A stretch of DNA of 64,000 nucleotides from an uncultured Treponema sp. (GTDB lineage: Bacteria; Spirochaetota; Spirochaetia; Treponematales; Treponemataceae). The position numbers were made by a program, and so were the translations under genes. This document shows positions 50,187 to 59,848 of the stretch, piece by piece. Location of the stretch: the NCBI GenBank assembly GCA_963547785.1, contig CAUUSH010000007.1, forward strand, positions 3,193 to 67,192, in the 5' to 3' direction. The stretch's first letter is position 1, and every line of letters starts with the position of its first letter. The notes under the pieces are model-generated. The model searched no databases. It saw only the letters and a program-made list of their open reading frames with translations, and was not told the origin of the DNA.

Positions 50187-50891
50187 TTAAAAAACCGTAT
50201 AGGGGACAGTCTCGGATATGTTTAGGTACAATTCAAGCTCTGCCTTAAAAAGGCCCGATTCAACGTAAAGGCGCGGATTCGATTTTATTAAAACTTCGCC
50301 TGTTATTTCCTTCGGCTTATTTTTTAAAATTTTGCGGGCATATTCCCTCACGGCATTTTTAACGGCTTCGGTGTAGGCATTATAAACACCCTTAAGCTCA
50401 TCAAAACGGTCTCCAGTTCCCCTGCCCTTCACTGTTTTATAAATAATGCTTCTATGAGCCTTAAACCGTTCGGCCATCGCCTCAGGGATTCTGTATTCCG
50501 TCCAGCAATAGCAATACGGATACTCTACTTTTATATCGGTAAAAACCACACCCTTATCGTTTTTTGCTATCTCATACACGAGGGTGAGCTCAAAAAACTC
50601 CTGCACCCTTCTTTTTTTATCGTAGGGTGCATAAGAAAATTTCCAGCCGTAGGTCATACCCGAAAGCACATATCGGGAAAGTTCGCTTAAAGCTTCACGG
50701 GGCGGAAGAAATTCTGCGGCTTTTTCTTGGGAAAAACTGCCGGGCTGCGGTTCTAAAAAAACCCACACCGGCGCCCTTACAATGACGGCCTCCTCCGCAG
50801 AGGAGCCTGAATAAGAATCTGAATATAAAAACATCCCGATACAAAAGAGCAAACCGAAAAAAACAAATCTTATCCTATACATACCTGACAT
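50187..50891 (-). CDS. Exported hypothetical protein
   Basis: 234-aa ORF with signal-like N-terminus. Confidence 0.7.
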   Translation of the reverse strand: MSGMYRIRFVFFGLLFCIGMFLYSDSYSGSSAEEAVIVRAPVWVFLEPQPGSFSQEKAAEFLPPREALSELSRYVLSGMTYGWKFSYAPYDKKRRVQEFFELTLVYEIAKNDKGVVFTDIKVEYPYCYCWTEYRIPEAMAERFKAHRSIIYKTVKGRGTGDRFDELKGVYNAYTEAVKNAVREYARKILKNKPKEITGEVLIKSNPRLYVESGLFKAELELYLNISETVPYTVF

Positions 50892-50917
50892 ACAAACTCA
50901 ATCCATTCTAAAACCGG

Positions 50918-51547
50918 CTACCTCATCTGTGAATCCCAAACCTTAAGCGGATTTATACCGAACCGTACGACAATATACAGCCAGCCGATAACAAGCCCTA
51001 TAAAATGAGTAAAATGGGCAATGCCGTCATTGGCCGAAAAAATATTGATCAATTCGATGACAGCATAGCCTAGAATTAAAAGAGGCGCCGGAACGGGAAT
51101 TATGCCCCAAAGAAAAATTACGGAACGCGGAAACAAAACCGCATATAAAAGCAAAAGCGAGAAAATCGCCCCTGAAGCACCTATCAACACGACCAAATAT
51201 GCACCCACGGCCTTATAAACAAAAAAACTGAAAACACCGCCGAGTGTTCCTACCAGCAAATAATATAAAACAAACTCTTTCGTTCCGGTCTTTCGTTCTA
51301 CCGGTACCCCGAAAAAAAAGAGTGCCAGCATATTAAAAAGCAAATGAAAAAATCCGCCGTGCACAAACTGATAGGTAAAAAACTGCCAATACGTTCTTGA
51401 TGTAATGACAGCAGCCGGTACCAGCCCCAAATAGAAATTAGCATTTTTCACTATGGACGTTAATAAAAACACCATAACATTTATTCCTATAATAACAAGC
51501 ACGGCATTACTGTAAGAATATTTAAACGGTTTTCTTATCAAATTCAT
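50918..51547 (-). CDS. Rhomboid family intramembrane serine protease
   Basis: WQFFTYQFVHG..HLLFNM, GASG and AH..H motifs. Start set to ATG 51547 to avoid overlap with the upstream gene. Confidence 0.92.
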   Translation of the reverse strand: MNLIRKPFKYSYSNAVLVIIGINVMVFLLTSIVKNANFYLGLVPAAVITSRTYWQFFTYQFVHGGFFHLLFNMLALFFFGVPVERKTGTKEFVLYYLLVGTLGGVFSFFVYKAVGAYLVVLIGASGAIFSLLLLYAVLFPRSVIFLWGIIPVPAPLLILGYAVIELINIFSANDGIAHFTHFIGLVIGWLYIVVRFGINPLKVWDSQMR

Positions 51548-51560
51548 ACTTATAAATATC

Positions 51561-52682
51561 TTAAATTTTAGGCCGTTGCGGCAAATTCTTTTCCGAAATT
51601 GTTGAGCGGTTTCTGCCGCTCTCTTTGGATACATACAAAGCCTTATCGGCCCTCTCCACCAAAGCGTTCGCAGATTCAAAGTCATACATATAAGAAGCAA
51701 CTCCTATAGAAATCTTGATTTTTATTTTTTGCCCTTCATAAAGCACTTCAGCTTGCTCCACCCCGCTGCGGATACGCTCTGCAACATCGAAGGCTTGATT
51801 AACATTCGCATTGGCTAAAAGCATAACAAATTCCTCTCCGCCGTAGCGGGCGGCCGTATCACCGGAGCGGGTACACTCTTTTATAATCCGTGCAACTTCC
51901 TGCAGCACTATATCGCCGGCAGTATGCCCATACGTATCGTTTACTCTTTTAAAAAAATCTATATCCATCATCAGCACGGAAACAGGGTCTTTAGGACCGG
52001 CTGCATTATTGATATTTTCCAATTTTTCGCTTAACATCGTATAAAAATAATGCTTTAATTTTAAATTGGTCATAATATCGATGGTGGTCATTTCAAACAA
52101 AAGTGAATTATTTATTGCGATGGCGGCAATGGAAGCGATATGTGCAATAATATTTTTCTCATACGTATTATAACGGCTCTTATCTATTCTTTTTCCCAAA
52201 AGCAAAAGGCCTACAACCTTATTCCTTGCCTTCAGCAGTACAAAAAAAGACGGCCCTATCTTAAAAATAGAATCGGATACTGCATCGGATTGCAGTTTTT
52301 TATACATTTCGTGCCGGCATAAACCGTATGGCTCATCTTGCAAGATTTTTATTATAGGATGATCGGAATTTATGCTATATAAACTCCCGCAGTCTATATC
52401 GAAACCATAATAATTTCTATTCAGAAAAAAAACGTCGTCATCAAAATTTTTTTTGGTAAAAATAGCTGCTCCAAGCGTCTTTAATTGAGCCATAATCCCG
52501 TATAAAAGCGCTTCTATCAATCTATCAAAATTTAAAACCGAATTAAGGCCGTGCGAAATTTCTAAAATTTGCTCCAAATCGAAAATTTCTTTTTCCTGTA
52601 TTAAAATTTTTTTTTCGTATTTGTTAAAAATAGTTTTTAAGGCTGTATTCATTTTATGCTTATTATGCGCTTTGGTATTCAT
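51561..52682 (-). CDS. GAF-GGDEF diguanylate cyclase
   Basis: MDIDFFK.VND.YGH..GD; RSGD I-site; RYGGEEF; N-terminal GAF-like domain. Confidence 0.93.
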   Translation of the reverse strand: MNTKAHNKHKMNTALKTIFNKYEKKILIQEKEIFDLEQILEISHGLNSVLNFDRLIEALLYGIMAQLKTLGAAIFTKKNFDDDVFFLNRNYYGFDIDCGSLYSINSDHPIIKILQDEPYGLCRHEMYKKLQSDAVSDSIFKIGPSFFVLLKARNKVVGLLLLGKRIDKSRYNTYEKNIIAHIASIAAIAINNSLLFEMTTIDIMTNLKLKHYFYTMLSEKLENINNAAGPKDPVSVLMMDIDFFKRVNDTYGHTAGDIVLQEVARIIKECTRSGDTAARYGGEEFVMLLANANVNQAFDVAERIRSGVEQAEVLYEGQKIKIKISIGVASYMYDFESANALVERADKALYVSKESGRNRSTISEKNLPQRPKI

Positions 52683-52746
52683 TTTGAAATCCCCTTAGTG
52701 CTTCTTAACCCCAAATTCTTTGCAATCGTTTTACAATCAAAATAGA

Positions 52747-54339
52747 CTAAAATACAACATATTTACGTAAAATTTCTATAAAATTCCCAAAACTCTCTAT
52801 GTGTTCATCAAAAAGAGTAAATATTTCTTTATTTCTACCTGAAATTATCAGAGCCCGAAAATTGCTTATGATTTCCGGCACGGCCTTGTGTGCATCTTTT
52901 GAAACTACTATGCACCCCTTATATAAATTGGCATACCTTCTGCTGATATCTTGAACAAGCTCTTGCGCTTTTACATTTAAAAAATCTACTATTTTTGAAA
53001 GAGGCTGCTTAAAATCTCCGCCCGATTCAAGGCGCATCAAATACCCCTTTATCGCCGACAGCGAATTTTCACTTTTTTCGTCCATTAAATTTTCAAATTC
53101 TTCAATTTTTTGAAGAATAGATTTACAATAGTGATAATCTGCGGATAAAGCCGCTTTAAACATTCCGTCTTCAAAAACACCTTCTACAATAAGGTCCCTT
53201 AAAAAAGGTTCGCACTTAGTTTGAAAAAATTGGCTTGTATACGTTTTTATAATTTCAAGCGGCTTTACCCAATCCAGCGAAAGTTTCGTAGCGGCTTGAA
53301 TCCTCGTATTAAGCTCTGCCGTATAACGATTCAGTTTGTCCATTTTAATATTGGTGAAAACCTTGTCGATAAAAAAAACAATCTGCTGTTCCTGCTGAAT
53401 GTGCGATATTTTTTTAGAATCCGCATTAAAAATATCGGAAAATCTCAGTTTATAATCGGCAAGTGCACGGTATTCTAATCTGGGCTTCATTTTATCTTCA
53501 AAATACGGATCCTGTTTAATCAGTTTAACCAAGTTTCTTAACGTAGTTTTTTTTAGCTTATTTTCTATAATGTATGAAAAGGTTTGTAAATTCTTATTTA
53601 ATGAAGATTTCTCTTTTGCAGAACCGTTTTCTGTTTTTGAACTAAGAAGATACAAGCTTTCAGTAAATTTATCGTCTATTGCAATGCCCCTGATCAAATA
53701 GTCAAGTTCCAAAATTTCCTGTAAAACCTCGTTTCCGGCTACATTTTGAAAGTTATACTTATCTTTAACAGCATCCGTTCCCGCCGCAGTTTTAAAACTC
53801 GAATCGAAATGTGCAAAAAAATCATTAAATTTAAACTGACAAAAGTCGAAAAATGCATACAGCCTGTTTATGGTTAAATCCGTTTCAGCAAATTTTGTAC
53901 CTACTAGTGAAGCCATAAAAGAATCAAACATTTTATTTTGCTCTTTCATTTTGACCTCAAAAGAAGGACCGGTGAAATCGCCTATGTTTTCACAACGTTT
54001 TTCAAGGCTCATAGCTTCTCGTTGTATTTTTTGCTGCTCCGAAAAACATTTTTCGATAAGCTTATCCAGATATAACGATGAAACTCTTATATCATTTGAG
54101 CCTATCGTTGTTTTTAAAACGTAATAAACGGGTAAAACCGCCTGATACATCTCGTAGATAAGTATCGGAAGGCCGGCAAGAACCATGTTATCGGTGCGAT
54201 AGATAGGATAACTTACCTTTTTTACTTCGGCAAAAATATCTCTTAAAAGTTTTTTGTTTTTAAAATCATCGCTTGCCGAAAAAAACAGATAAAAGAAAAA
54301 ATCTTTTATACGGTTAATTAAGTTGATTACAAAATTCAT
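52747..54339 (-). CDS. Spirochete helical hypothetical protein (DUF5312-like)
   Basis: 530-aa ORF; family recalled, not verified. Promoter TTGCAA-17bp-TAGGAT (54375-54347) 7 nt before ATG. Confidence 0.65.
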   Translation of the reverse strand: MNFVINLINRIKDFFFYLFFSASDDFKNKKLLRDIFAEVKKVSYPIYRTDNMVLAGLPILIYEMYQAVLPVYYVLKTTIGSNDIRVSSLYLDKLIEKCFSEQQKIQREAMSLEKRCENIGDFTGPSFEVKMKEQNKMFDSFMASLVGTKFAETDLTINRLYAFFDFCQFKFNDFFAHFDSSFKTAAGTDAVKDKYNFQNVAGNEVLQEILELDYLIRGIAIDDKFTESLYLLSSKTENGSAKEKSSLNKNLQTFSYIIENKLKKTTLRNLVKLIKQDPYFEDKMKPRLEYRALADYKLRFSDIFNADSKKISHIQQEQQIVFFIDKVFTNIKMDKLNRYTAELNTRIQAATKLSLDWVKPLEIIKTYTSQFFQTKCEPFLRDLIVEGVFEDGMFKAALSADYHYCKSILQKIEEFENLMDEKSENSLSAIKGYLMRLESGGDFKQPLSKIVDFLNVKAQELVQDISRRYANLYKGCIVVSKDAHKAVPEIISNFRALIISGRNKEIFTLFDEHIESFGNFIEILRKYVVF

Positions 54340-54474
54340 CGCTCATATCCTACCATAAGTCAAAGGAAGTTGCAAGCCGTAAAAAAAATATAGTTATCGA
54401 TAAAAAAACCTATATTCCTATTTTACCGGTGCTAAGAAACACACCGGTGCCGGAAATTACACTGAAAAATCGGC

Positions 54475-55299
54475 TTAATAAAGCCTAAAAGCAACCCCAA
54501 GCCTGATATTAAAGTTGTTGGCCCAAGAATGTTTGATAAGCGATTTTACGTCTTCAGTATTTCCCTTTGTAATCGTGTAAGTAAAATCTCTTCCGTGCAC
54601 GTCTGTACCGCGGTAAAATCTTTTGTTTAGCAGCGGGAGAAAATAAACGGTATCTTTTATATCCATAACAATACCGATATGCTGCGTAAAAAAGTACTTT
54701 ATACCGACATCAACGCCAATTCCAAGCATCGTAATACTTCTGATTTCGTTCAAACGGCTTGCAACGGCATTACCGTGGCTATCGGTTACGGTTTTAACAA
54801 AGGATTGGGGAAGATGCCTGCTTGTCCGTACATAGCCGATACCTAAGGCCGCTCCTAAGAAAATATTGAGCGGTCTGTTTTTAAAGAGAGTAAAACCGCC
54901 GCCTAATTGCCAGTCCAAAATAACCGAATTGGTAAGCTTGTTTGAAATGCCGGCAGTATTTAATTTGGCAGACAAAGGGTCGTACCCTGTAGGGATTTGC
55001 CTAAAAGGAAAACCGACCGTTAAGTTGGTAAAAAAATAGCTTACCTTAACGGACAAACCCAAGCCCAAAGCATTATAATAATCGCTTGATTTCGGCTCGT
55101 CATACTTTAAATTGCCCTCGCCTAGCGCGCTCGATAAACCTTCTTTCAACTGCGACTTTAAAGCGCTTGATCTAAAGGTTGTAAACATAGAATAATTCAT
55201 ATATCCTAAGCCGATATCGCCTGAAATATCCAAAATGTCACCTGCCGCCAAAAGGCCTGTGCAAAAAACAGCCGTTAAAACAAAAAATATTTTCTTCAT
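54475..55299 (-). CDS. Probable outer-membrane beta-barrel protein
   Basis: GGAGG SD before ATG 55299; signal peptide; amphipathic strands; C-terminal NFNIRLGVAFRLY. Confidence 0.75.
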   Translation of the reverse strand: MKKIFFVLTAVFCTGLLAAGDILDISGDIGLGYMNYSMFTTFRSSALKSQLKEGLSSALGEGNLKYDEPKSSDYYNALGLGLSVKVSYFFTNLTVGFPFRQIPTGYDPLSAKLNTAGISNKLTNSVILDWQLGGGFTLFKNRPLNIFLGAALGIGYVRTSRHLPQSFVKTVTDSHGNAVASRLNEIRSITMLGIGVDVGIKYFFTQHIGIVMDIKDTVYFLPLLNKRFYRGTDVHGRDFTYTITKGNTEDVKSLIKHSWANNFNIRLGVAFRLY

Positions 55300-55334
55300 A
55301 TCATAAACCTCCATATCTTCCAAATTTACAACAG

Positions 55335-55541
55335 TAAGAAAGATTAAAACAATCCCTGCAATCGGCAGAGAAGCCTTCAATCCTGCATTTTAGGCTTCAT
55401 GGCATCCATCGCCGAAACGCGCAGAAACATGCCGCCGTTCTTATATCGGCAAAATTCTGCCGTTTTGTAACCCTGCCCTTCGGCATAGCTGCTGCAGCCT
55501 GAACCGGTATTAAGTATACCCAAATAAAACCTTAAATGCAA
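55335..55541 (-). promoter_or_regulatory. Promoter plus ~200-nt structured 5' leader with terminator-like hairpin
   Basis: TTGCAT(55541)-17bp-TATACT(55518-55513); multiple hairpins; TCTCTGC-cgatt-GCAGGGA followed by a U-rich run. Confidence 0.45.
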
Positions 55542-55604
55542 TATACGCATAAATTTTTTTTAAAAACTCTTGCCGTTTTTCTTTAAAAATAGTAGGATAT
55601 AGGT

Positions 55605-56501
55605 ATGAGTATTCCAAAATATCCTGAATTTAAGCCTCTCTCGCTTGATATGAAAGAAGAGATGGAGTTCTACTTAAAAAATTTGCCGGACGGTGTGTCG
55701 GAATTATCCTTCATAAATTTGTACTTATTCAAAACAAAATACAATTACAAGGTTTCAAAAACGGATAAACTGCTGATAATTACTGGAGAATATAAGGATG
55801 AGCGTTTTTTTATGACTCCATGCTGCCGTATAGATGCCGAAACGGCCAAAGAACTTTTGCAAGAATATAAAAAATGGATAATTTTATCTGAATCATTTTT
55901 AAAAGATAATAAAGAGGTTTTTGACCTGCCGTATTTTCAAAATTTGGGGGTTGAAGAAGACAGAGATAACTTCGATTATGTGTATTTAAGAAAAAATCTG
56001 GCCGAGCTTCCAGGCAAGGACTTCCATAAGAAAAAAACGCACATAAACAAATTCGAAAAAGAATACAGCGATATCAGTATTGAGCCTCTTACCGTAGAAA
56101 ATATCAGTGACGCAAAGGAAATATTGGAGCTTTGGGCAAGGTCTAGAGACACGGAAAGTCTTAAAGATTCCGATTATCATGCCGCCGCAGAAGCGCTTGA
56201 AATTTTGCCGCGCACCTCCATGGTGGGAATTGTTCTATACGTAAAAAAGGTTCCCGTAGCATGGACCTTGGCAGAAATAGAAGCGGATAACAAAACGGCG
56301 GTTTGTCTATTTGAAAAGGCGGATGCTTCGTACAAGGGCAGCTTTCAATATATAAACTATGCCTTTGCAGGATACCTGCCCGAATATATCGAATTTATCA
56401 ATAGAGAACAAGACCTTGGCAACGCAGGCCTCAGACAGTCTAAGATGACGTATAGACCCATAAAATTCATAAAAAAGTATAGAATCTCATTAGACGCTTA
56501 A
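55605..56501 (+). CDS. DUF2156 domain protein (GNAT-like)
   Basis: SELSFINLY, DRDNFDYVY, L.GK..HKK..HINKF, FEKA and INREQDLG..GLRQSK.TYRP motifs. Promoter TTGCCG-17bp-TAGGAT 6 nt upstream. Confidence 0.85.
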   Translation: MSIPKYPEFKPLSLDMKEEMEFYLKNLPDGVSELSFINLYLFKTKYNYKVSKTDKLLIITGEYKDERFFMTPCCRIDAETAKELLQEYKKWIILSESFLKDNKEVFDLPYFQNLGVEEDRDNFDYVYLRKNLAELPGKDFHKKKTHINKFEKEYSDISIEPLTVENISDAKEILELWARSRDTESLKDSDYHAAAEALEILPRTSMVGIVLYVKKVPVAWTLAEIEADNKTAVCLFEKADASYKGSFQYINYAFAGYLPEYIEFINREQDLGNAGLRQSKMTYRPIKFIKKYRISLDA

Positions 56502-56515
56502 GGGCCTTGAATAAA

Positions 56516-57829
56516 ATGAAGTTAGGAAGCACCAGAAACAGCTCAAAAAAAGTTTCCTTTTATGAAGCAATTACAAATTGTATTCCTGAAGACGGCGGAC
56601 TTTACGTTCCCGACGAAAACATGGATTTAACGCAGTGGATTTCCTGCCTTACCGAAAATTCAAGTTTTGCTTCTATAGCGGGAAGCTTAACGTCTGCAAT
56701 GCTAAGGGAAGAATTCAGTCCTGCCGTATCGGAGCGCATTGCGACGGCGGCCTTTGAAAATTACAGCCCGCGGCTTAAACAGCTGGATGAAAGGCTTTTT
56801 TTGCTCGATCTGTTTCACGGGCCTACAGGCTGCCACAGAGATTTCGGATTCTTATGGCTTGCCTCCGTATTGGAACATATTCTTGCCATCAAAAACCGGA
56901 ATGCAATAGTCCTTGCAACCGGCACACGAAAAAACGGACACAGTATGGCAGCCGCCTTCGGAAACAAAAAGCGGTTAAAAACACTTTTAATTCACCCGAA
57001 AGGTTTTGCAAAAGGAATTCAAGAACAGTATTTGGCCGAAAACGGCGGCTCCATTTATTCGGTCGAATGTGAAGGCAGCCTGCAGGATGTAGAAAACCTG
57101 ATACGCTCGGTCTATCTTGACAAAAAACTGGTAAAGGAGTATGGTCTTACGCTGGCAAATACCGTAAACATCGGAAGACTTTTGCCGCAAATGTTCTTTT
57201 ATATTTTTGCATTTACCAGATTCAGAAAACATTCCCACGGGGAAATATACTACGCCCTTCATTCGGGGAATTACGGAAATTTGGCTGCCGGTCTATATGC
57301 GTGGAAAAACTGTTTGTCTCTTAACGGTTTTATCACCGACTCCACACAGGAGCTTTGCGGAAACGAAGACGGCGAATGTTTTTGCAAGACAATGGAAATT
57401 CCGCTTTCCCAAAGAAATGCAGCCGATCCTGTAAGCCCGTCCAATATTGAAAGGTTAGAGCAAATTTTTGAATTAAGCCCTGCAATAATGAAGGCTCTGA
57501 TATTTCCCGGAGACGTAAAAAAGGAAGAATACAAAAATCTTATCCGCAGTGCTTATCAGCGGTATGGAATTATGTTCGACACGTCGACGGCGGCAGCCTA
57601 TGGAGCGGCCGTAAAAAGCAGGTTTATGCAAAACCGCGGCAGCGAAACGCTTATTTTAATCGAAAAAGACCATCCGGCATACGAAGCGGATACCATATAC
57701 GAAGCCTGCGGGGAACGGCCGGTAAATCCTCCGTATATGGAAGAATTGGATAAGCCTATAAAAAACATAAAAAAACTGTCAGCGGCGAAAAAAGAAGTAC
57801 AAGATATGTTAGCTTATATGGAGAGGTGA
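56516..57829 (+). CDS. Threonine synthase-like protein lacking the PLP lysine
   Basis: DGGLYVP, LFHGPT, ANTVNIGRLLPQ, SGNYGN and SNIERL motifs; canonical FKD reads HRD. Alternative TTG start at 56507. Confidence 0.8.
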   Translation: MKLGSTRNSSKKVSFYEAITNCIPEDGGLYVPDENMDLTQWISCLTENSSFASIAGSLTSAMLREEFSPAVSERIATAAFENYSPRLKQLDERLFLLDLFHGPTGCHRDFGFLWLASVLEHILAIKNRNAIVLATGTRKNGHSMAAAFGNKKRLKTLLIHPKGFAKGIQEQYLAENGGSIYSVECEGSLQDVENLIRSVYLDKKLVKEYGLTLANTVNIGRLLPQMFFYIFAFTRFRKHSHGEIYYALHSGNYGNLAAGLYAWKNCLSLNGFITDSTQELCGNEDGECFCKTMEIPLSQRNAADPVSPSNIERLEQIFELSPAIMKALIFPGDVKKEEYKNLIRSAYQRYGIMFDTSTAAAYGAAVKSRFMQNRGSETLILIEKDHPAYEADTIYEACGERPVNPPYMEELDKPIKNIKKLSAAKKEVQDMLAYMER

Positions 57830-57835
57830 ATTTTT

Positions 57836-57970
57836 ATGGCATACAAACTAGACGGAGCAAAATTCTCCACACTCGAAGAATTGATAGAAGCGCTTTACCC
57901 CATATACTCCGATAAAATGAGTGAAGAGGAATTCAAAAAATATGCAGAGGAACATGCCGAAGAGTCTTAA
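57836..57970 (+). CDS. Small acidic protein, 44 aa (not in ORF track)
   Basis: GAGGTG SD; MAYKLDGAKFSTLEELIEALYPIYSDKMSEEEFKKYAEEHAEES*. Confidence 0.7.
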   Translation: MAYKLDGAKFSTLEELIEALYPIYSDKMSEEEFKKYAEEHAEES

Positions 57971-58106
57971 AGCCCCAACCTGAAAACTTAAAAGCCCGAA
58001 AAGCAAGGGGCTTAAAACAGCCTTGGAAGATGGCCATGCCTTAATCAAAAAAGCGGGCACAAGATAAGGCTCTTTTCGGCAAAAGCTACCTTGAAAACAA
58101 GACTTT

Positions 58107-59795
58107 TTAACCGCGTTTTCTTCTGACTGCAAAAAGCGGCTTGTATCTTCTTATGCGCTTTTTAAATTCAACTCTTGTTCTTTTCCAATGGCAGTTTGGC
58201 ACGGCTGCCTGAGCGGTGCGCTTAACTTCCGAAAGCCAATCTGCAAACAAAATTTTAAGCAAAACAATAAAAATAAGTGCAGGCAGCCAATCCCCGAATA
58301 AGGCGTAGGCTGTTTTTACATTGCGGTAAATTGGAACTTTTACTGTCATCGCTTTGGCCGCAAACAGAGGCAGAGAAGCCAAAACGGTACCGTAGGCGTC
58401 CACAACACAGGAAAACCCCGAATTGGTAGAACGCACAAAACTCGTCCGTAATTCTATAGCCCTAAAATACGAAACGACAAAATGCTGGTATTCCGCACTT
58501 GCAGTATGAGACCAAGAATCATTTGTAATATTTATCAGCGCCTCCCCGCCCCGGTTATGCAAATTTGCACAAAGAGAAGGAAAGGCGTCTTCAAAGCAGA
58601 TAGGCGCCGTAAATTTAACCTCTTCACCTTTGGAATTTTCAACAGAAAAAAGCTTGTATTCGCTTCCTGGCGTCCAGCCTGAAGAAAAGCCGACCAGAGT
58701 GTCAAAGAATTTTTTGACAAAGGGATTATCCGCAAACGGCATATACTCCGCAAAGGCGATAAGCTGCATTTTAGCATAGATGCCGGCTATTTTTCCCGTC
58801 GGCAAGATTAAAAAAGCGGCATTATAACTTTTATCCGCATCGTCATAATAAGCGGAGCCGCTTAAAAGGGGAACCTGTATCAGCGATAAAAACTGCAAAA
58901 AAGAATCGCATGCAGGAAAATCCGAATAAAAGGAACTGTTTTCGGTATAGGCTGCCGCAAGGGCACTTTCGCTCCATACAACCAAATCGGGTTTTTCTTT
59001 TGCTAAAAAAACGGCTTCCCTGCTTAACACTTGCGAATTTTTCAAATACGATTCAAAGCGGCTCATATCCCAAGGGTCGCCGTTTTGCTGAACAATAACG
59101 GTGTTTAAATAAGTTCTCGGTTCGGCCTTATTATATAAAACGGCCGTTCCGTATACGTTTATCATTATTAAAAGAACTGCGGCTGCGGAATAAGGAATGG
59201 CGCCGTTTTTTATATTTCTCAAAAAATCCGTCCTATCGGCCGCCTGTACAAAACCGTGCAAAAGCTCGCCTAAACAAGAGGCAAACAGCAAAAGCGCAAA
59301 GGAAAGACCCCAGACCCCAGCAACATCGGCACATTGAATGAAGCGCTTTAAATAAAAGCAGGTCATCACCGCCGTACCCCACGGATATGCCACAAAACCG
59401 TTTGACTTAAAATATTCCCACATAAGCCAAACCGCCGCAAAAGCAAACACCCGCACCTTTATCTCTTTTTTTAAAACATAATAAAAAAACATTCCGAAGG
59501 GCATTGCCAACACAAAATAGGCAATACTGGAAGCTCCCAGCGTAAAAATTGCAAAATCACCGAAAAAAGCGAGCCAAAAACTGGAAAACACGTGAATACA
59601 AAGGACATGCAACCCAAAAAGAACGGCAGCCTTTTTATAAGAGCCGCAGTTTAAAAGCACATAATAAATCGGTACCAAGGCAAGAAAGCCGGCCGGGTGT
59701 CCAAAATAAAACCATTCGTTGGGAATTCCGAGTGAAAAAAGGGCGGAAGAACAGAGGACTGTCAAAAAAAACGAAAAAAAACGCATAATTTTCAA
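58107..59795 (-). CDS. lnt: Apolipoprotein N-acyltransferase
   Basis: TM N-terminus; YPW, VWSES, YAK..L..F.EY.P, PICFED, ITNDSW, RAIE and RSTNSG motifs. Start is 59795 (TTG) or 59786 (ATG). Confidence 0.93.
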   Translation of the reverse strand: MKIMRFFSFFLTVLCSSALFSLGIPNEWFYFGHPAGFLALVPIYYVLLNCGSYKKAAVLFGLHVLCIHVFSSFWLAFFGDFAIFTLGASSIAYFVLAMPFGMFFYYVLKKEIKVRVFAFAAVWLMWEYFKSNGFVAYPWGTAVMTCFYLKRFIQCADVAGVWGLSFALLLFASCLGELLHGFVQAADRTDFLRNIKNGAIPYSAAAVLLIMINVYGTAVLYNKAEPRTYLNTVIVQQNGDPWDMSRFESYLKNSQVLSREAVFLAKEKPDLVVWSESALAAAYTENSSFYSDFPACDSFLQFLSLIQVPLLSGSAYYDDADKSYNAAFLILPTGKIAGIYAKMQLIAFAEYMPFADNPFVKKFFDTLVGFSSGWTPGSEYKLFSVENSKGEEVKFTAPICFEDAFPSLCANLHNRGGEALINITNDSWSHTASAEYQHFVVSYFRAIELRTSFVRSTNSGFSCVVDAYGTVLASLPLFAAKAMTVKVPIYRNVKTAYALFGDWLPALIFIVLLKILFADWLSEVKRTAQAAVPNCHWKRTRVEFKKRIRRYKPLFAVRRKRG

Positions 59796-59848
59796 TCAAT
59801 TTTAATATTTTTATTGAAAAAATTCAATATAACGGGTATTATATAAAC

